Shown here: positions 10,098 to 18,855 of the stretch, piece by piece
Numbering within the stretch: the first letter of the stretch is position 1
How the letters are laid out: every line of letters starts with the position of its first letter
Assembly: GCA_046047535.1 (NCBI GenBank)
Contig: JBJOHS010000023.1
Coordinates: 9,031-73,030, forward strand
Length of the DNA stretch: 64,000 nucleotides
Reading direction: 5' to 3'
Source of the DNA: Pseudomonadota bacterium
GTDB taxonomy: Bacteria > Pseudomonadota > Gammaproteobacteria > Burkholderiales > Burkholderiaceae_A
The notes under the pieces: model-generated
What the model was told of the DNA's origin: nothing
Databases searched by the model: none
Seen by the model: the letters and a program-made list of their open reading frames with translations, nothing else
Position numbers and translations under genes: made by a program

Positions 10098-10183
10098 GAT
10101 GCGAACCTCTAGAAGGGGGAGTGATTCGTCTACGACAAGCCTAGGGGTGTAGGGTCAGTAACCCCGAAATACCTGCCGGCCAG

Positions 10184-10708
10184 TTAGTGGCTAGATGCCT
10201 GAAAGAAGTCTTCTTTGTAGTTCGGGTCTATGAGGGCCCGAAAGGCATGCCAGGCAAGAATGAGGTACTGCGTGATTGCCAATGCAGCTCCGAGCACCAC
10301 CATAAAGCGCGCAGGCCAGCTAGGGATTCGCAAGGCACCTTCACCTTCAAATTCGCCAGATACCCAGGAGCGAACGGCCAGGTCGATGCCGCCGTAGAAA
10401 ATTATGAAAAAGAAGCCCACGCCTAGCAGGGAGCCAAACAAAGAGATCAAGGCCTTCGGACGGGTAGAGAGTCGGGTGATAAACACGTCTACGGCAATCA
10501 TGCCGCCGGATCGAATGGCATAGGCTGCCTGAAGAAAACAGATGAGAACCACGGAGGCCTCCACCATTTCCTTAGTGCCTTGGACAGGCTTTAAAAAGAG
10601 CCCGCGCCCAATGACATCAGCTACGATCAAAAAGGATATGAGCAGAGCAAGAAATGCCCCAATGACCAAGAAAGATTTGATGATCCAGTTGTTTGCGGAG
10701 TCAAGCAT
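10184..10708 (-). CDS. dctQ: TRAP transporter small permease
   Basis: 174 aa with about 4 TM segments, DVIGR motif; lies between dctP and dctM. Confidence 0.9.
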   Translation of the reverse strand: MLDSANNWIIKSFLVIGAFLALLISFLIVADVIGRGLFLKPVQGTKEMVEASVVLICFLQAAYAIRSGGMIAVDVFITRLSTRPKALISLFGSLLGVGFFFIIFYGGIDLAVRSWVSGEFEGEGALRIPSWPARFMVVLGAALAITQYLILAWHAFRALIDPNYKEDFFQASSH

Positions 10709-10744
10709 CAGCAGTTCCTAGAGGAGGGGACGATGGGAGTACAA

Positions 10745-10790
10745 CTTAAAATAAATGGGCCTTCTGGCAGCGTGGTGTGCTAGAAGGCCC
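10745..10790 (-). terminator. Stem-loop between dctP and dctQ (partial terminator / mRNA stabiliser)
   Basis: Inverted repeat GGGCCTTCTGGCA...TGCTAGAAGGCCC (10757-10790), followed on the minus strand by ATTTATTTTAAG. Confidence 0.7.
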
Positions 10791-10821
10791 GGATTAAGAC
10801 AGTACAACCGCAACAACTAAA

Positions 10822-11904
10822 CTAGCGAATCTTGTAACGAACTGGCCACTTGTGACCAGCCTTCTCGGCCTCTTCCAGGGTAATCTTTAAGACCTGACTG
10901 GCGGGGAGCCCCTGCTTATCAAGCGCATTAGCCTGCTCCTGGGGCCAGCCGGAGAGGGAGTTAGCCCATTCCAGTCGAACCGAGGCGGGAACGCTTGACA
11001 CATTGGTGCCCAGTTCCTTCAGCTTGGCAATCTGCTTGGGATAATCTTCCTTGTTAACCTTTCCCGTGCGCAGTTCGTACTCGCGAGCAACTTCAGCGAT
11101 GATCGCCTGAACGTCCTTGGGAAGGCTATCCCAGCGACGCTTGTTTACCGTAAGGCCGTGCCAGGTAATTGAGCCAAAGCCAATCTCGGTGTAGAACTTA
11201 CCCGGTTCGTAGAGCTTGAAGTTGACCCAGGCGGAGGGAAACATGATCCAGCCGTTGTAGACACCGGTCTGCATGCCCTGGTAGGCCTCGTTCAGAGTAC
11301 CTTGAACAGGAACCGCGCCGACATACTCCAGCCACTTCAGGTTGAGGCCCGCGCCCGCAAGCTTAACGCCTTTGAGGTCAGAGACATTTTTCCAGGGCAT
11401 TGTCGTGCCCAGGTTATACCCATTATCGGCAATGATCCCGAGCAGCTTCTGGCCCCACTTTTCCTCAAATACATTGCTGAGATAAGGCACTTTGTCATAG
11501 ACCGCGCGTGCCGTCTTCAGACTGATCTCGGGATCCATCGTGCCAAAGGGCAGCATGACCTGAAACGCATGCAGGGGCAGATTGGAAGGCTCAAAGCAGA
11601 AGCACATTGCACCAAGGTCAATGATTCCAGACTGAACACCCTCGAGGGTATCGGGCAGTTTAACCATTGCACCGCCGTAGCCTTCGATGAAGTTAACCGT
11701 GTGCGGCGTACGCTCCTTGACCCGCTTGGTTACCTCAGGAACAAAATAGGTATTTAAGAGGTTGACGTAGGTGTTGACAACAGGGTGCCCAGAGGCGATA
11801 CGCAGGGTGATGTTTTCACCCTTCTGTGCTTGCGCGGTGCCGGCGCCCAACATGCCAACCATCGCACCAATTGCTACAAAAAGACTCAGCTTTTTGAATT
11901 TCAT
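10822..11904 (-). CDS. dctP: TRAP transporter substrate-binding protein (DctP family)
   Basis: Signal peptide ending AQA; LEGVQSGIIDL, DLKGVKL, EAYQGMQTGV and VNKRRWDSLPKD; first gene of dctPQM. Confidence 0.9.
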   Translation of the reverse strand: MKFKKLSLFVAIGAMVGMLGAGTAQAQKGENITLRIASGHPVVNTYVNLLNTYFVPEVTKRVKERTPHTVNFIEGYGGAMVKLPDTLEGVQSGIIDLGAMCFCFEPSNLPLHAFQVMLPFGTMDPEISLKTARAVYDKVPYLSNVFEEKWGQKLLGIIADNGYNLGTTMPWKNVSDLKGVKLAGAGLNLKWLEYVGAVPVQGTLNEAYQGMQTGVYNGWIMFPSAWVNFKLYEPGKFYTEIGFGSITWHGLTVNKRRWDSLPKDVQAIIAEVAREYELRTGKVNKEDYPKQIAKLKELGTNVSSVPASVRLEWANSLSGWPQEQANALDKQGLPASQVLKITLEEAEKAGHKWPVRYKIR

Positions 11905-12061
11905 AAGAACTCCTCTAAATTAACCGCAGACGGGTATGTCTAACCATAAGACTTCTTGAGTTTTCGTGGCCGCGGTCTTTCCGTCAATTAGGGTTACCCG
12001 GGGGGTATGTCGTCTGCTGGATGATCGCTTGATTATTTAACTGCGTGGCTGGAAGAGGGCG

Positions 12062-13261
12062 TTAGCCAATCTGCCTTTCTTGCCCTTGGTGCACAAGCGT
12101 TACCCGTGGACTCAGGGCAGATTTCAGGGCGGCATGTAGATAGCAGGTGTTCGCTCCCATTGCTAGCAGTTTCTGCATGACCTCATCGGATTCCTCACCA
12201 TGCAAGAAGAGGTGGGTATCGACAGGCAGGGCCCTTCCTACCGACAGCCCCTGAGCATCGATGCTGCGCTCAAAAGGATTGAATTGAACCATGCGAATTG
12301 CACGTACCTTGTATTTCAAGTACTCAGCGTATCGCAGCAGCTGCGTCATGTAGCAGAAGGCGATTCCTGCAGACAGGAGGGCGAGGCCTGACGGCGCGGA
12401 GGGACTCTCACTCAGGCCCTCATGAGTCTGGAAGCCAAATTCACTGCCTGGTGGCGCCTTTAATGTGGTGTGGGCGCGGGCCTGGCCGCTGCCCACGCTG
12501 AGCTCCGACCTCCCAAGCACCTCGAGCCCGTACTTTGAGGAGGCAGAGGGCATAGCATCGGACGGCGGCAGGTAGTCGGAGGTCTTCTTGATTACCCACG
12601 GCAGATCGCGCCCGTCAGCCAGCGGACGAGGGGGACCCCCTTGGGTCTTGAGTGGATCTCGGGCATCGGACGCGGCCGAGGCCGTTACGCCTGTGACTGT
12701 CCTACGGATGCCGTTGACATAGATGGCAAAGGTGCAGTCAAGGGGAGTCGACATCGCTGAGAGCCCGAAGGCGGTGCGCACGGCCTGGCTTACCAGAGCG
12801 GCCGCCTCATCTGGGCTGCAGCTCCCCTCAGTCTGGAGCCTTATTTCTGCCGCCTCTGCCTGACCTTCTCCCGTGCCAGCAAAAAATGAGCCGCTAAACG
12901 TATACCGGTTAACGAGGGTCTGGGTGACTGAGGACAACGGGTTGCCTGCTGCCTGATTCAGGCGGTCGATATTACCGAGGAGGTCGGTCTGGAGCCCCGC
13001 GTTGAAGAATCCGAGCGGGAAAGGAGCGAGGTCTGAGCCTTTCAGCTGCGGGCCTTCGTCACTGACCATACGCCAACGGGGGGCAGCCTCGCCTTCTGTG
13101 ACCACGGCCTCCTTCTGGTGGGCGCCGAGTGCCCGCGCCTCTACCTTAAGTACTGTTTGTCCCGCTTCTCCGGAGAAGGTCTTGTCTCTCCTGCCCGTGC
13201 GATCGACGCAGAAGCCAAGGGGGTATCCGGAAGACTCAATGCTGTCAAAGACTTCAATCAT
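12062..13261 (-). CDS. OsmC/Ohr-like protein with two tandem OsmC domains
   Basis: Two similar units: SDEG....GSDLAPFPLGFF.AGL and THEG....PSAPSGLALL.AGIAFCYMTQ...ANTCYLH. The second unit carries the two OsmC-type Cys. Confidence 0.7.
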   Translation of the reverse strand: MIEVFDSIESSGYPLGFCVDRTGRRDKTFSGEAGQTVLKVEARALGAHQKEAVVTEGEAAPRWRMVSDEGPQLKGSDLAPFPLGFFNAGLQTDLLGNIDRLNQAAGNPLSSVTQTLVNRYTFSGSFFAGTGEGQAEAAEIRLQTEGSCSPDEAAALVSQAVRTAFGLSAMSTPLDCTFAIYVNGIRRTVTGVTASAASDARDPLKTQGGPPRPLADGRDLPWVIKKTSDYLPPSDAMPSASSKYGLEVLGRSELSVGSGQARAHTTLKAPPGSEFGFQTHEGLSESPSAPSGLALLSAGIAFCYMTQLLRYAEYLKYKVRAIRMVQFNPFERSIDAQGLSVGRALPVDTHLFLHGEESDEVMQKLLAMGANTCYLHAALKSALSPRVTLVHQGQERQIG

Positions 13262-13428
13262 AAACTCTCCTCAGTGCACCGCAGCGCAGACGAAATGCTG
13301 ACAATCAAAAGCGCATCTGCGATGATCAGAACTGCAACTCCTTGGAGCCCTATGCTGGTCAAATGCTCAACAGTGCGACTAGCGCTAGGGTAACTGGGAA
13401 ATTATCAAAAGATCACTAGGAGAAAACC

Positions 13429-14016
13429 ATGGCTTCCTGGAAAGATATACGGGTCATCGATAAGGAGGAGATGATGACCAGGGTGGCACGATTCAAGAAA
13501 CTAAAGGGCTCAGACGGAGGCCTACCAGACAGCCCACTGCCCGAGTCTCAGCGAACGCTCTATGCCGTCATAGGCTTTCAACCCCCCAAAAAGGGGAACA
13601 AGGCCACAACCTCCCCCGTGGGCGATGACGCAGCGACCATGCCTGCTATTCCCATCGCAGAGGGCTTTAACCTGGGCTACTGCAAGGCAAAGCCCGGCCG
13701 GGGACCACTCATGCACAACCACGACACCAACGAGACATTTATTGCCTTAACCGGTAAGTGGCGCTGTGAATGGAATGAGGGCAAGAAAAAGCAGTATGTA
13801 GACCTCAACCCCTACGATGTTATTTCCGTGCCCCCGGGCTGTGCCCGCCGATTTATGAATGTCACCAAGGGCGAGCCAGACACTGAACATCTTCTGATGT
13901 TTGTTATCGGTGGAAATGCGCCCCGCGCAGAATTTACCCCTCTGGCCATGGCCCGCTGCAATGCGTTTGCTGCGGAGCAGAAGAAGTCCGCTGCTGCGAA
14001 ACCGAAGAAAAAATAA
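13429..14016 (+). CDS. Cupin domain protein
   Basis: Motif 1 G....HNHDTNETFIALTG and motif 2 YDVISVPPGCARRFMN; SD AGGAG. Confidence 0.82.
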   Translation: MASWKDIRVIDKEEMMTRVARFKKLKGSDGGLPDSPLPESQRTLYAVIGFQPPKKGNKATTSPVGDDAATMPAIPIAEGFNLGYCKAKPGRGPLMHNHDTNETFIALTGKWRCEWNEGKKKQYVDLNPYDVISVPPGCARRFMNVTKGEPDTEHLLMFVIGGNAPRAEFTPLAMARCNAFAAEQKKSAAAKPKKK

Positions 14017-14035
14017 GACGAGAAAGGATTCCTTT

Positions 14036-14338
14036 ATGGCTGCTTATTGGCTTGCCCGCTCACGCATCAACGATCCGGTGGAATACAAAAAGTACACCGA
14101 CCTTGTTCCTGCAATCGTGAAACAGTATGGAGGGAAGGTTCTCGCACGTGGTGGTAAATACGAAATCATGGAAGGGCCCGAGGACTTCCATCGATTTGTG
14201 GTGATCGAGTTTCCAGACTTAGAGACGGCAAAGGCCTGTTTTCAGTCCCCGGAATATGTGGCTGCAGCTGCCTATCGTCGTGCCGGGGCCGGCGTTGTTG
14301 AGAACGTCATCGTGGAGTCTGGAGATGCCACGAAGTAG
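14036..14338 (+). CDS. DUF1330 domain protein
   Basis: MAAYWLA...Y..Y......QYGGKVLARGG....MEG.....RFVVIEFP....A...FQSPEY; SD AAAGGA before ATG 14036. Confidence 0.88.
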   Translation: MAAYWLARSRINDPVEYKKYTDLVPAIVKQYGGKVLARGGKYEIMEGPEDFHRFVVIEFPDLETAKACFQSPEYVAAAAYRRAGAGVVENVIVESGDATK

Positions 14339-14374
14339 AGCGATGCCAGTTGTACAACGTCTTACACCATTGCC

Positions 14375-15172
14375 TTAGAGGTAGGGGCGAGCCCAGTCTA
14401 GCCCCTCCTCGGGTGTAGTGGCCGCCCGGTATTCACACCCTACGAAACCCTTGTAGCCAAGGCTGCTGAGTTCTCTGGCGACACGCTCGAAATCGAGTTC
14501 CCCGCGATCGGGCTCCGTGCGATCCGGTACACCCGCTACCTGTATGTGGCCAATCGACTGGATATGGGTTCTTAAGTTGTAGACGATATCGCCATGCAGT
14601 ATCTGTTGGTGGTAGAGATCGAACTGCAACTTCAGGCCGGAATGGCCCACTGCAGCAATTGTTTGTATGGCGTGGGGCAGGCTCGCCATGAATGCGCCGC
14701 GTGCGTCGCGGGGGCTCAGAGGCTCAATAGTGACACCAACGCCATACGGCTCTGCGGCGCTACAGGCCCAGGCCAGATTTCTCTCGTAACTGGCCTGCTG
14801 CGCCTGCGCGGAGTGATCGTTTATTGTGGCCTCATCAGGGCCCTTAGGTCCGGCCGTTGCGTGAATCAAGGGAACTTCTAGCGCACGTGCATAGTCGAGG
14901 GCCGTCTGGAAGACGGATCTAAATTCATCTTCTTTGCCTGGCCAAGCGGCTAGGCCTCTGACCGACATCTTGGCGCTTGATCCCGAGGGCGCATTAATGA
15001 GCACCATCTTAAGATGATAGGCCGCAAGCCATTCTTTCCATTGCGCGATAGTGGCCGCATACGGGTCGAGTGCCTCTACCGCGGTAAAGCCCGCTCGCTG
15101 AGCTGCCGCAAGCCGCTGCTCTAGGGGAAGTTCTTTCCAGAGCCAGTCAATATTTGCAGAGAGCTGAATCAT
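14375..15172 (-). CDS. Hydroxypyruvate isomerase / 2-oxo-tetronate isomerase family protein (Hyi/OtnI)
   Basis: SANI..L..ELP...R..AA..AGF.AVE, IEPL, LQFDLYHQQ, HIQVA.VP.R.EPD.GEL and GCEY. Confidence 0.88.
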   Translation of the reverse strand: MIQLSANIDWLWKELPLEQRLAAAQRAGFTAVEALDPYAATIAQWKEWLAAYHLKMVLINAPSGSSAKMSVRGLAAWPGKEDEFRSVFQTALDYARALEVPLIHATAGPKGPDEATINDHSAQAQQASYERNLAWACSAAEPYGVGVTIEPLSPRDARGAFMASLPHAIQTIAAVGHSGLKLQFDLYHQQILHGDIVYNLRTHIQSIGHIQVAGVPDRTEPDRGELDFERVARELSSLGYKGFVGCEYRAATTPEEGLDWARPYL

Positions 15173-15214
15173 GCGTAATCCTTTATTTAGACAACGTCGT
15201 ACCCCTAAGCGTCA

Positions 15215-17320
15215 CTATTTTAAAACTTCAAAGAGGTTATGGAAGTCATCGGTCCATGGCCTGAGACCAGGTCTGGGTCGAATTGCCACCCGGTGGTCAG
15301 CAATCTCAGGATGGTTCAAGAAGGCGATATCACGCGTAATCAGGACCCACTCGCTTCTGGCAGTCGACCAGGGCTCTGTATCCGCGGGCTCATGGGCGAT
15401 AAGTGCAGATGCATATCCAAGCCCATCGGCGAGTTGCCGTATAACAGGCGCCAGCGCGAGGTATCGGTTGGTGATGTGGATAGCGAGGACCCCGTTGGGC
15501 GTGAGATGACGGGTGTAGACGGCCATGGCCTCGAGGGTCAGGAGATGGACAGGAATCGCGTCGCTCGAAAAGGCATCTATCGCCAGAAGATCAAACCCCT
15601 GCTCAGGCTCACTCTCTAACTGCAGCCGCGCGTCTCCGAGAACAATCGTTGTCTGGCCTGCTGCCTGTTCGAGATAGCTAAAGTGGGTCTTTGCGGCATC
15701 GACGACCAGGGGATTGATTTCATAGAGGCGATATCGATCCTCGGGCTGGGCGTAGCCTACCAGCGTACCTACCCCAAGGCCCACGACACCGACATGAATC
15801 GCCCCTCGAGACCGCAAGGTCTGAATCGCACGACCCACACCCGAGTGAGGACCGTAGTATGTTGTTATCAGTCGCTGCATCTGAGGGTCGCGGTGTTGAA
15901 GGCCATGGAGGATTACGCCATGGACAAGTCTTCGGTACGGCGCGCCATCTGACCGGTGTACCTCTTGCACCCGTAAGGGGCCATAGAAGTTTCTTGCTGT
16001 GTAGATACTACGGTCTTGGTAGTCGTCCCAGTAGAGCACAGCAAAGTAACCAACCGCCACAGTGGCGATAAGGCCTCCTGCCGCAAGGACAGTCCTTAGC
16101 ATGGGGGCGGCCTGTCTTAGGCCAACCCAGATGCCGAGGAGTCCGATGAGCGACAACGACAGCGGCATCTCCCAATAGCCATCAAAGAGCCGTGGGGCAA
16201 GCATGGATACAAAGCCGCCGCCGGCGGCGCCGCCAAGAGCGATGAGCAGATAGAACCGCGTCAGATACTGGGGCAGCGGTCGCGACTGCGCAAGCTCCCC
16301 GTGGCAGAAGAGGCAGATGAGAAAGAGTCCGGCGCTATAGAGCGGTACAGCGATTTCGATCTCAAGAATCCCGTCCTGGGCGGTTAGTCCCCAGGCCATA
16401 ATGCCGGCGGCCACCATGCTTGGCAGCATCATACTTTCGCGCAGATAGAAGCCCCGACCTGCCCGACCCTCAAAGGCAAGAACAAAGCTCAAGAGATAGA
16501 GGGATAGAGGAAGTACCCAGAGGAAGGGCACCGAGGCAACATTCTGAGAAATATGGCTTGAGGCTGACAACAGCAGGGCGCTGGCGAGGGCAGAAAGCGA
16601 GAACCAGAAGACCAGCGTTATGGTGGACGGCGCAGAGGCCCCGCCCTCTGGCGCCCCGGGCGTGGTCGATGGGGCGGCGAGAGCGGCTGTCTTCACTCCG
16701 CTATGAGCGGTGAGCGCGTCACCCCCACGGAGAGCGTGCGCACGGATATGCCAGGCAAGTCCCATCATGGCGAGGACAAATAGAACAAAACCAATGCTCC
16801 AGATCTTTGCCTGGTCTGATACCCCCAGTAGACGCTCAATACCGAATGGGTAGCTTAACAGTGCGATGAGTGAGCCCAGGTTAGAAAGTGCAAACAGGCG
16901 ATAGGCTTTTTGTGCCTCCGCAGGGGCTTTTTGTGCATGGGCGAACCAGGCCTGAACCAGCGGGCCGGTGGTAGAAAGCATGAAGTAGGGTAGTCCGATT
17001 GTGGTGGCCAGCAGCAGAATGATGTGTAGCGAAGGATCCTCGGTGCCCGACGGCTTGAGCCCCTCGTTGGCAAGGATGGGAAGCCAGAGAAGGCTGACCA
17101 GCAGAAGCAGTCCATGGATTCGGAGTTGATGTCGGATCGCAAATCGCTGCAAGAGGTCGGCGTAGCCGTAGCCAGCAAGAAGTACTACCTGAAAAAAGGT
17201 CAGGCAGACCGCCCAGACGCCCGCAGAACCCCCAAACCAGGGCACGATCTGCTTAGCAATAATCGGCTGAACAAGAAAGAGGAGAAAGCTCGACAGCCCA
17301 ATAGCCAAGGCGTAGATCAG
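15215..17320 (-). CDS. Fused multi-pass membrane / spermidine-synthase-like SAM-dependent transferase
   Basis: N-terminal TM region (FLLFLVQP.IAK...PWFGGS); C-terminal VGLGVG, YEINP, GDAR and DAFSSDAIPVHLLT.EA. Start is either CTG 17320 (has an SD) or TTG 17308. Confidence 0.85.
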   Translation of the reverse strand: MIYALAIGLSSFLLFLVQPIIAKQIVPWFGGSAGVWAVCLTFFQVVLLAGYGYADLLQRFAIRHQLRIHGLLLLVSLLWLPILANEGLKPSGTEDPSLHIILLLATTIGLPYFMLSTTGPLVQAWFAHAQKAPAEAQKAYRLFALSNLGSLIALLSYPFGIERLLGVSDQAKIWSIGFVLFVLAMMGLAWHIRAHALRGGDALTAHSGVKTAALAAPSTTPGAPEGGASAPSTITLVFWFSLSALASALLLSASSHISQNVASVPFLWVLPLSLYLLSFVLAFEGRAGRGFYLRESMMLPSMVAAGIMAWGLTAQDGILEIEIAVPLYSAGLFLICLFCHGELAQSRPLPQYLTRFYLLIALGGAAGGGFVSMLAPRLFDGYWEMPLSLSLIGLLGIWVGLRQAAPMLRTVLAAGGLIATVAVGYFAVLYWDDYQDRSIYTARNFYGPLRVQEVHRSDGAPYRRLVHGVILHGLQHRDPQMQRLITTYYGPHSGVGRAIQTLRSRGAIHVGVVGLGVGTLVGYAQPEDRYRLYEINPLVVDAAKTHFSYLEQAAGQTTIVLGDARLQLESEPEQGFDLLAIDAFSSDAIPVHLLTLEAMAVYTRHLTPNGVLAIHITNRYLALAPVIRQLADGLGYASALIAHEPADTEPWSTARSEWVLITRDIAFLNHPEIADHRVAIRPRPGLRPWTDDFHNLFEVLK

Positions 17321-17368
17321 GATAGGCCTCTATCGGGAAATGGGAGGGGGTTAAGACCTTCTTGGGCG

Positions 17369-18328
17369 TTAAGAACTTTTAGGGGTGTTGAGACCCTTAG
17401 GCAAGGGGAAGCGGATGTGCTCCTCCGCGCCTGGTAGCCGCCGGACGGCGACCGCGCCCATCGCCTTGACTGCAGATACGAGCCCTTGCACCAGCGCTTC
17501 CGGCGCTGAAGCGCCGGCGGTGATCCCCACCCGTGATTTTCCCGCAAGCCATTCGGCCTGAAGGTCTTCCGCCCCATCTAGAAGGTAGGCCGGAACCCCA
17601 TGACGTTCTGCAACCTCTCGAAGCCTGTTGCTGTTTGAACTGGTGCGGCTACCCACGACGAGGACCACGTCCACCTGGCCGCTCATGAGCTTAACTGCAT
17701 CTTGGCGGTTCTGCGTGGCGTAGCAGATGTCGCTGAACTTCGGCCCACGGATTCTTGGGAATCTCGCCTTGAGGGCCTGCACAACCGCCTCCGTGTCGTC
17801 GGTGGAGAGCGTCGTCTGCGATACGTAGGCGAGGCGCTCGGGATTACCTACGCTAAGGGAAGCCACCTGGGCTGCATCCTCAACGAGATAGATGCCTTTG
17901 TCCAGTTGACCCATCGTGCCCTCAACCTCAGGGTGCCCCTGGTGGCCGATCATCAGTATTTCGTAGCCTTCGCTGGCGAGTTTGCGCACCTCTACGTGTA
18001 CTTTCGTGACCAGAGGGCAGGTCGCATCAAAGACCTCCAGGCTACGCGCATCGGCATGGGCCCGTACGACCCGCGCAACGCCATGGGCGCTCATGATGAC
18101 GCGAGACCCCACTGGGACTTCATTGAGATCTTCGACGAATATCGCACCCTTTGCACGTAGGTCGGCCACCACATGGTCGTTATGAACGATCTCGTGACGA
18201 ACATAGACCGGAGCACCAAACTTCGTCAGGGCGCGCTCGACAATCTCGATCGCGCGATCTACACCCGCACAAAAACCTCGCGGTTCAGCGAGCACAATTT
18301 CCTGCGGGGCGGTCTGTTGGAGGGGCAT
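17369..18328 (-). CDS. ispH: 4-hydroxy-3-methylbut-2-enyl diphosphate reductase
   Basis: [42 protein letters not shown] and TAGASAP. Start moved to ATG 18328, after the fkpB stop. Confidence 0.97.
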   Translation of the reverse strand: MPLQQTAPQEIVLAEPRGFCAGVDRAIEIVERALTKFGAPVYVRHEIVHNDHVVADLRAKGAIFVEDLNEVPVGSRVIMSAHGVARVVRAHADARSLEVFDATCPLVTKVHVEVRKLASEGYEILMIGHQGHPEVEGTMGQLDKGIYLVEDAAQVASLSVGNPERLAYVSQTTLSTDDTEAVVQALKARFPRIRGPKFSDICYATQNRQDAVKLMSGQVDVVLVVGSRTSSNSNRLREVAERHGVPAYLLDGAEDLQAEWLAGKSRVGITAGASAPEALVQGLVSAVKAMGAVAVRRLPGAEEHIRFPLPKGLNTPKSS

Positions 18329-18341
18329 CGGGCGTTCGTGG

Positions 18342-18785
18342 TTAGCCAAGAATTCCAATGATTCTGACATGGAAGAGCAGCGGCTGTCCGGCCAGCGGGT
18401 GGTTGAAATCGAAGACTGCCGATGACCCATCCCACCCCTTAAAGACCCCCGCGAATCGACCGCCATTGGGGGCGGGGAATTCCAAGAGATCGCCCGGTGT
18501 AAGTGGGTCGGCAGGGTCTGCGTGTTCTGCAAGGAGCTTTTCGGAGACTTTTTGAATCAGCGCCGGGTTGCGCGGTCCAAAGGCATCGTCGGGCCCGAGC
18601 GCATAACTCCGCTCATCGCCTTCGGCCAGTGCCAGTAGGCATCGCTCGAGCCCTGGGGCAAACTGGCTACTCCCAAGTTGTAAGGTGGCGGGCTTGTCAT
18701 CGAAGGTGTCAAGGACCACCTGCCCGTCTGGCAGGCTCAGGCGGTAGTGCAATGTGACGTGGCTTTCGGGGGTGATCAGAGACAT
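18342..18785 (-). CDS. fkpB: FKBP-type peptidyl-prolyl isomerase (SlpA/FkpB)
   Basis: [15 protein letters not shown]; directly upstream of ispH as is usual. Confidence 0.93.
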   Translation of the reverse strand: MSLITPESHVTLHYRLSLPDGQVVLDTFDDKPATLQLGSSQFAPGLERCLLALAEGDERSYALGPDDAFGPRNPALIQKVSEKLLAEHADPADPLTPGDLLEFPAPNGGRFAGVFKGWDGSSAVFDFNHPLAGQPLLFHVRIIGILG

Positions 18786-18855
18786 AGCGCGAGTCTACCG
18801 TGCCTGCCCTAGAATCGTGGCTGTCACGCACCACTCTTGCGAGGAAGATTCTTCG

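Noticed and set aside
12062-13428. Possible selenoprotein (UGA read-through) in the OsmC-like gene
   Set aside because: The ORF is uninterrupted and has ordinary Cys at the catalytic positions; no in-frame TGA needs recoding.
17351-17401. Degenerate 18-19 nt repeats (TTAAGACCTT/TTAAGAACTT/TTGAGACCCT) at the ispH 3' end
   Set aside because: Short, imperfect local duplication with no spacers or cas genes; not a CRISPR array.
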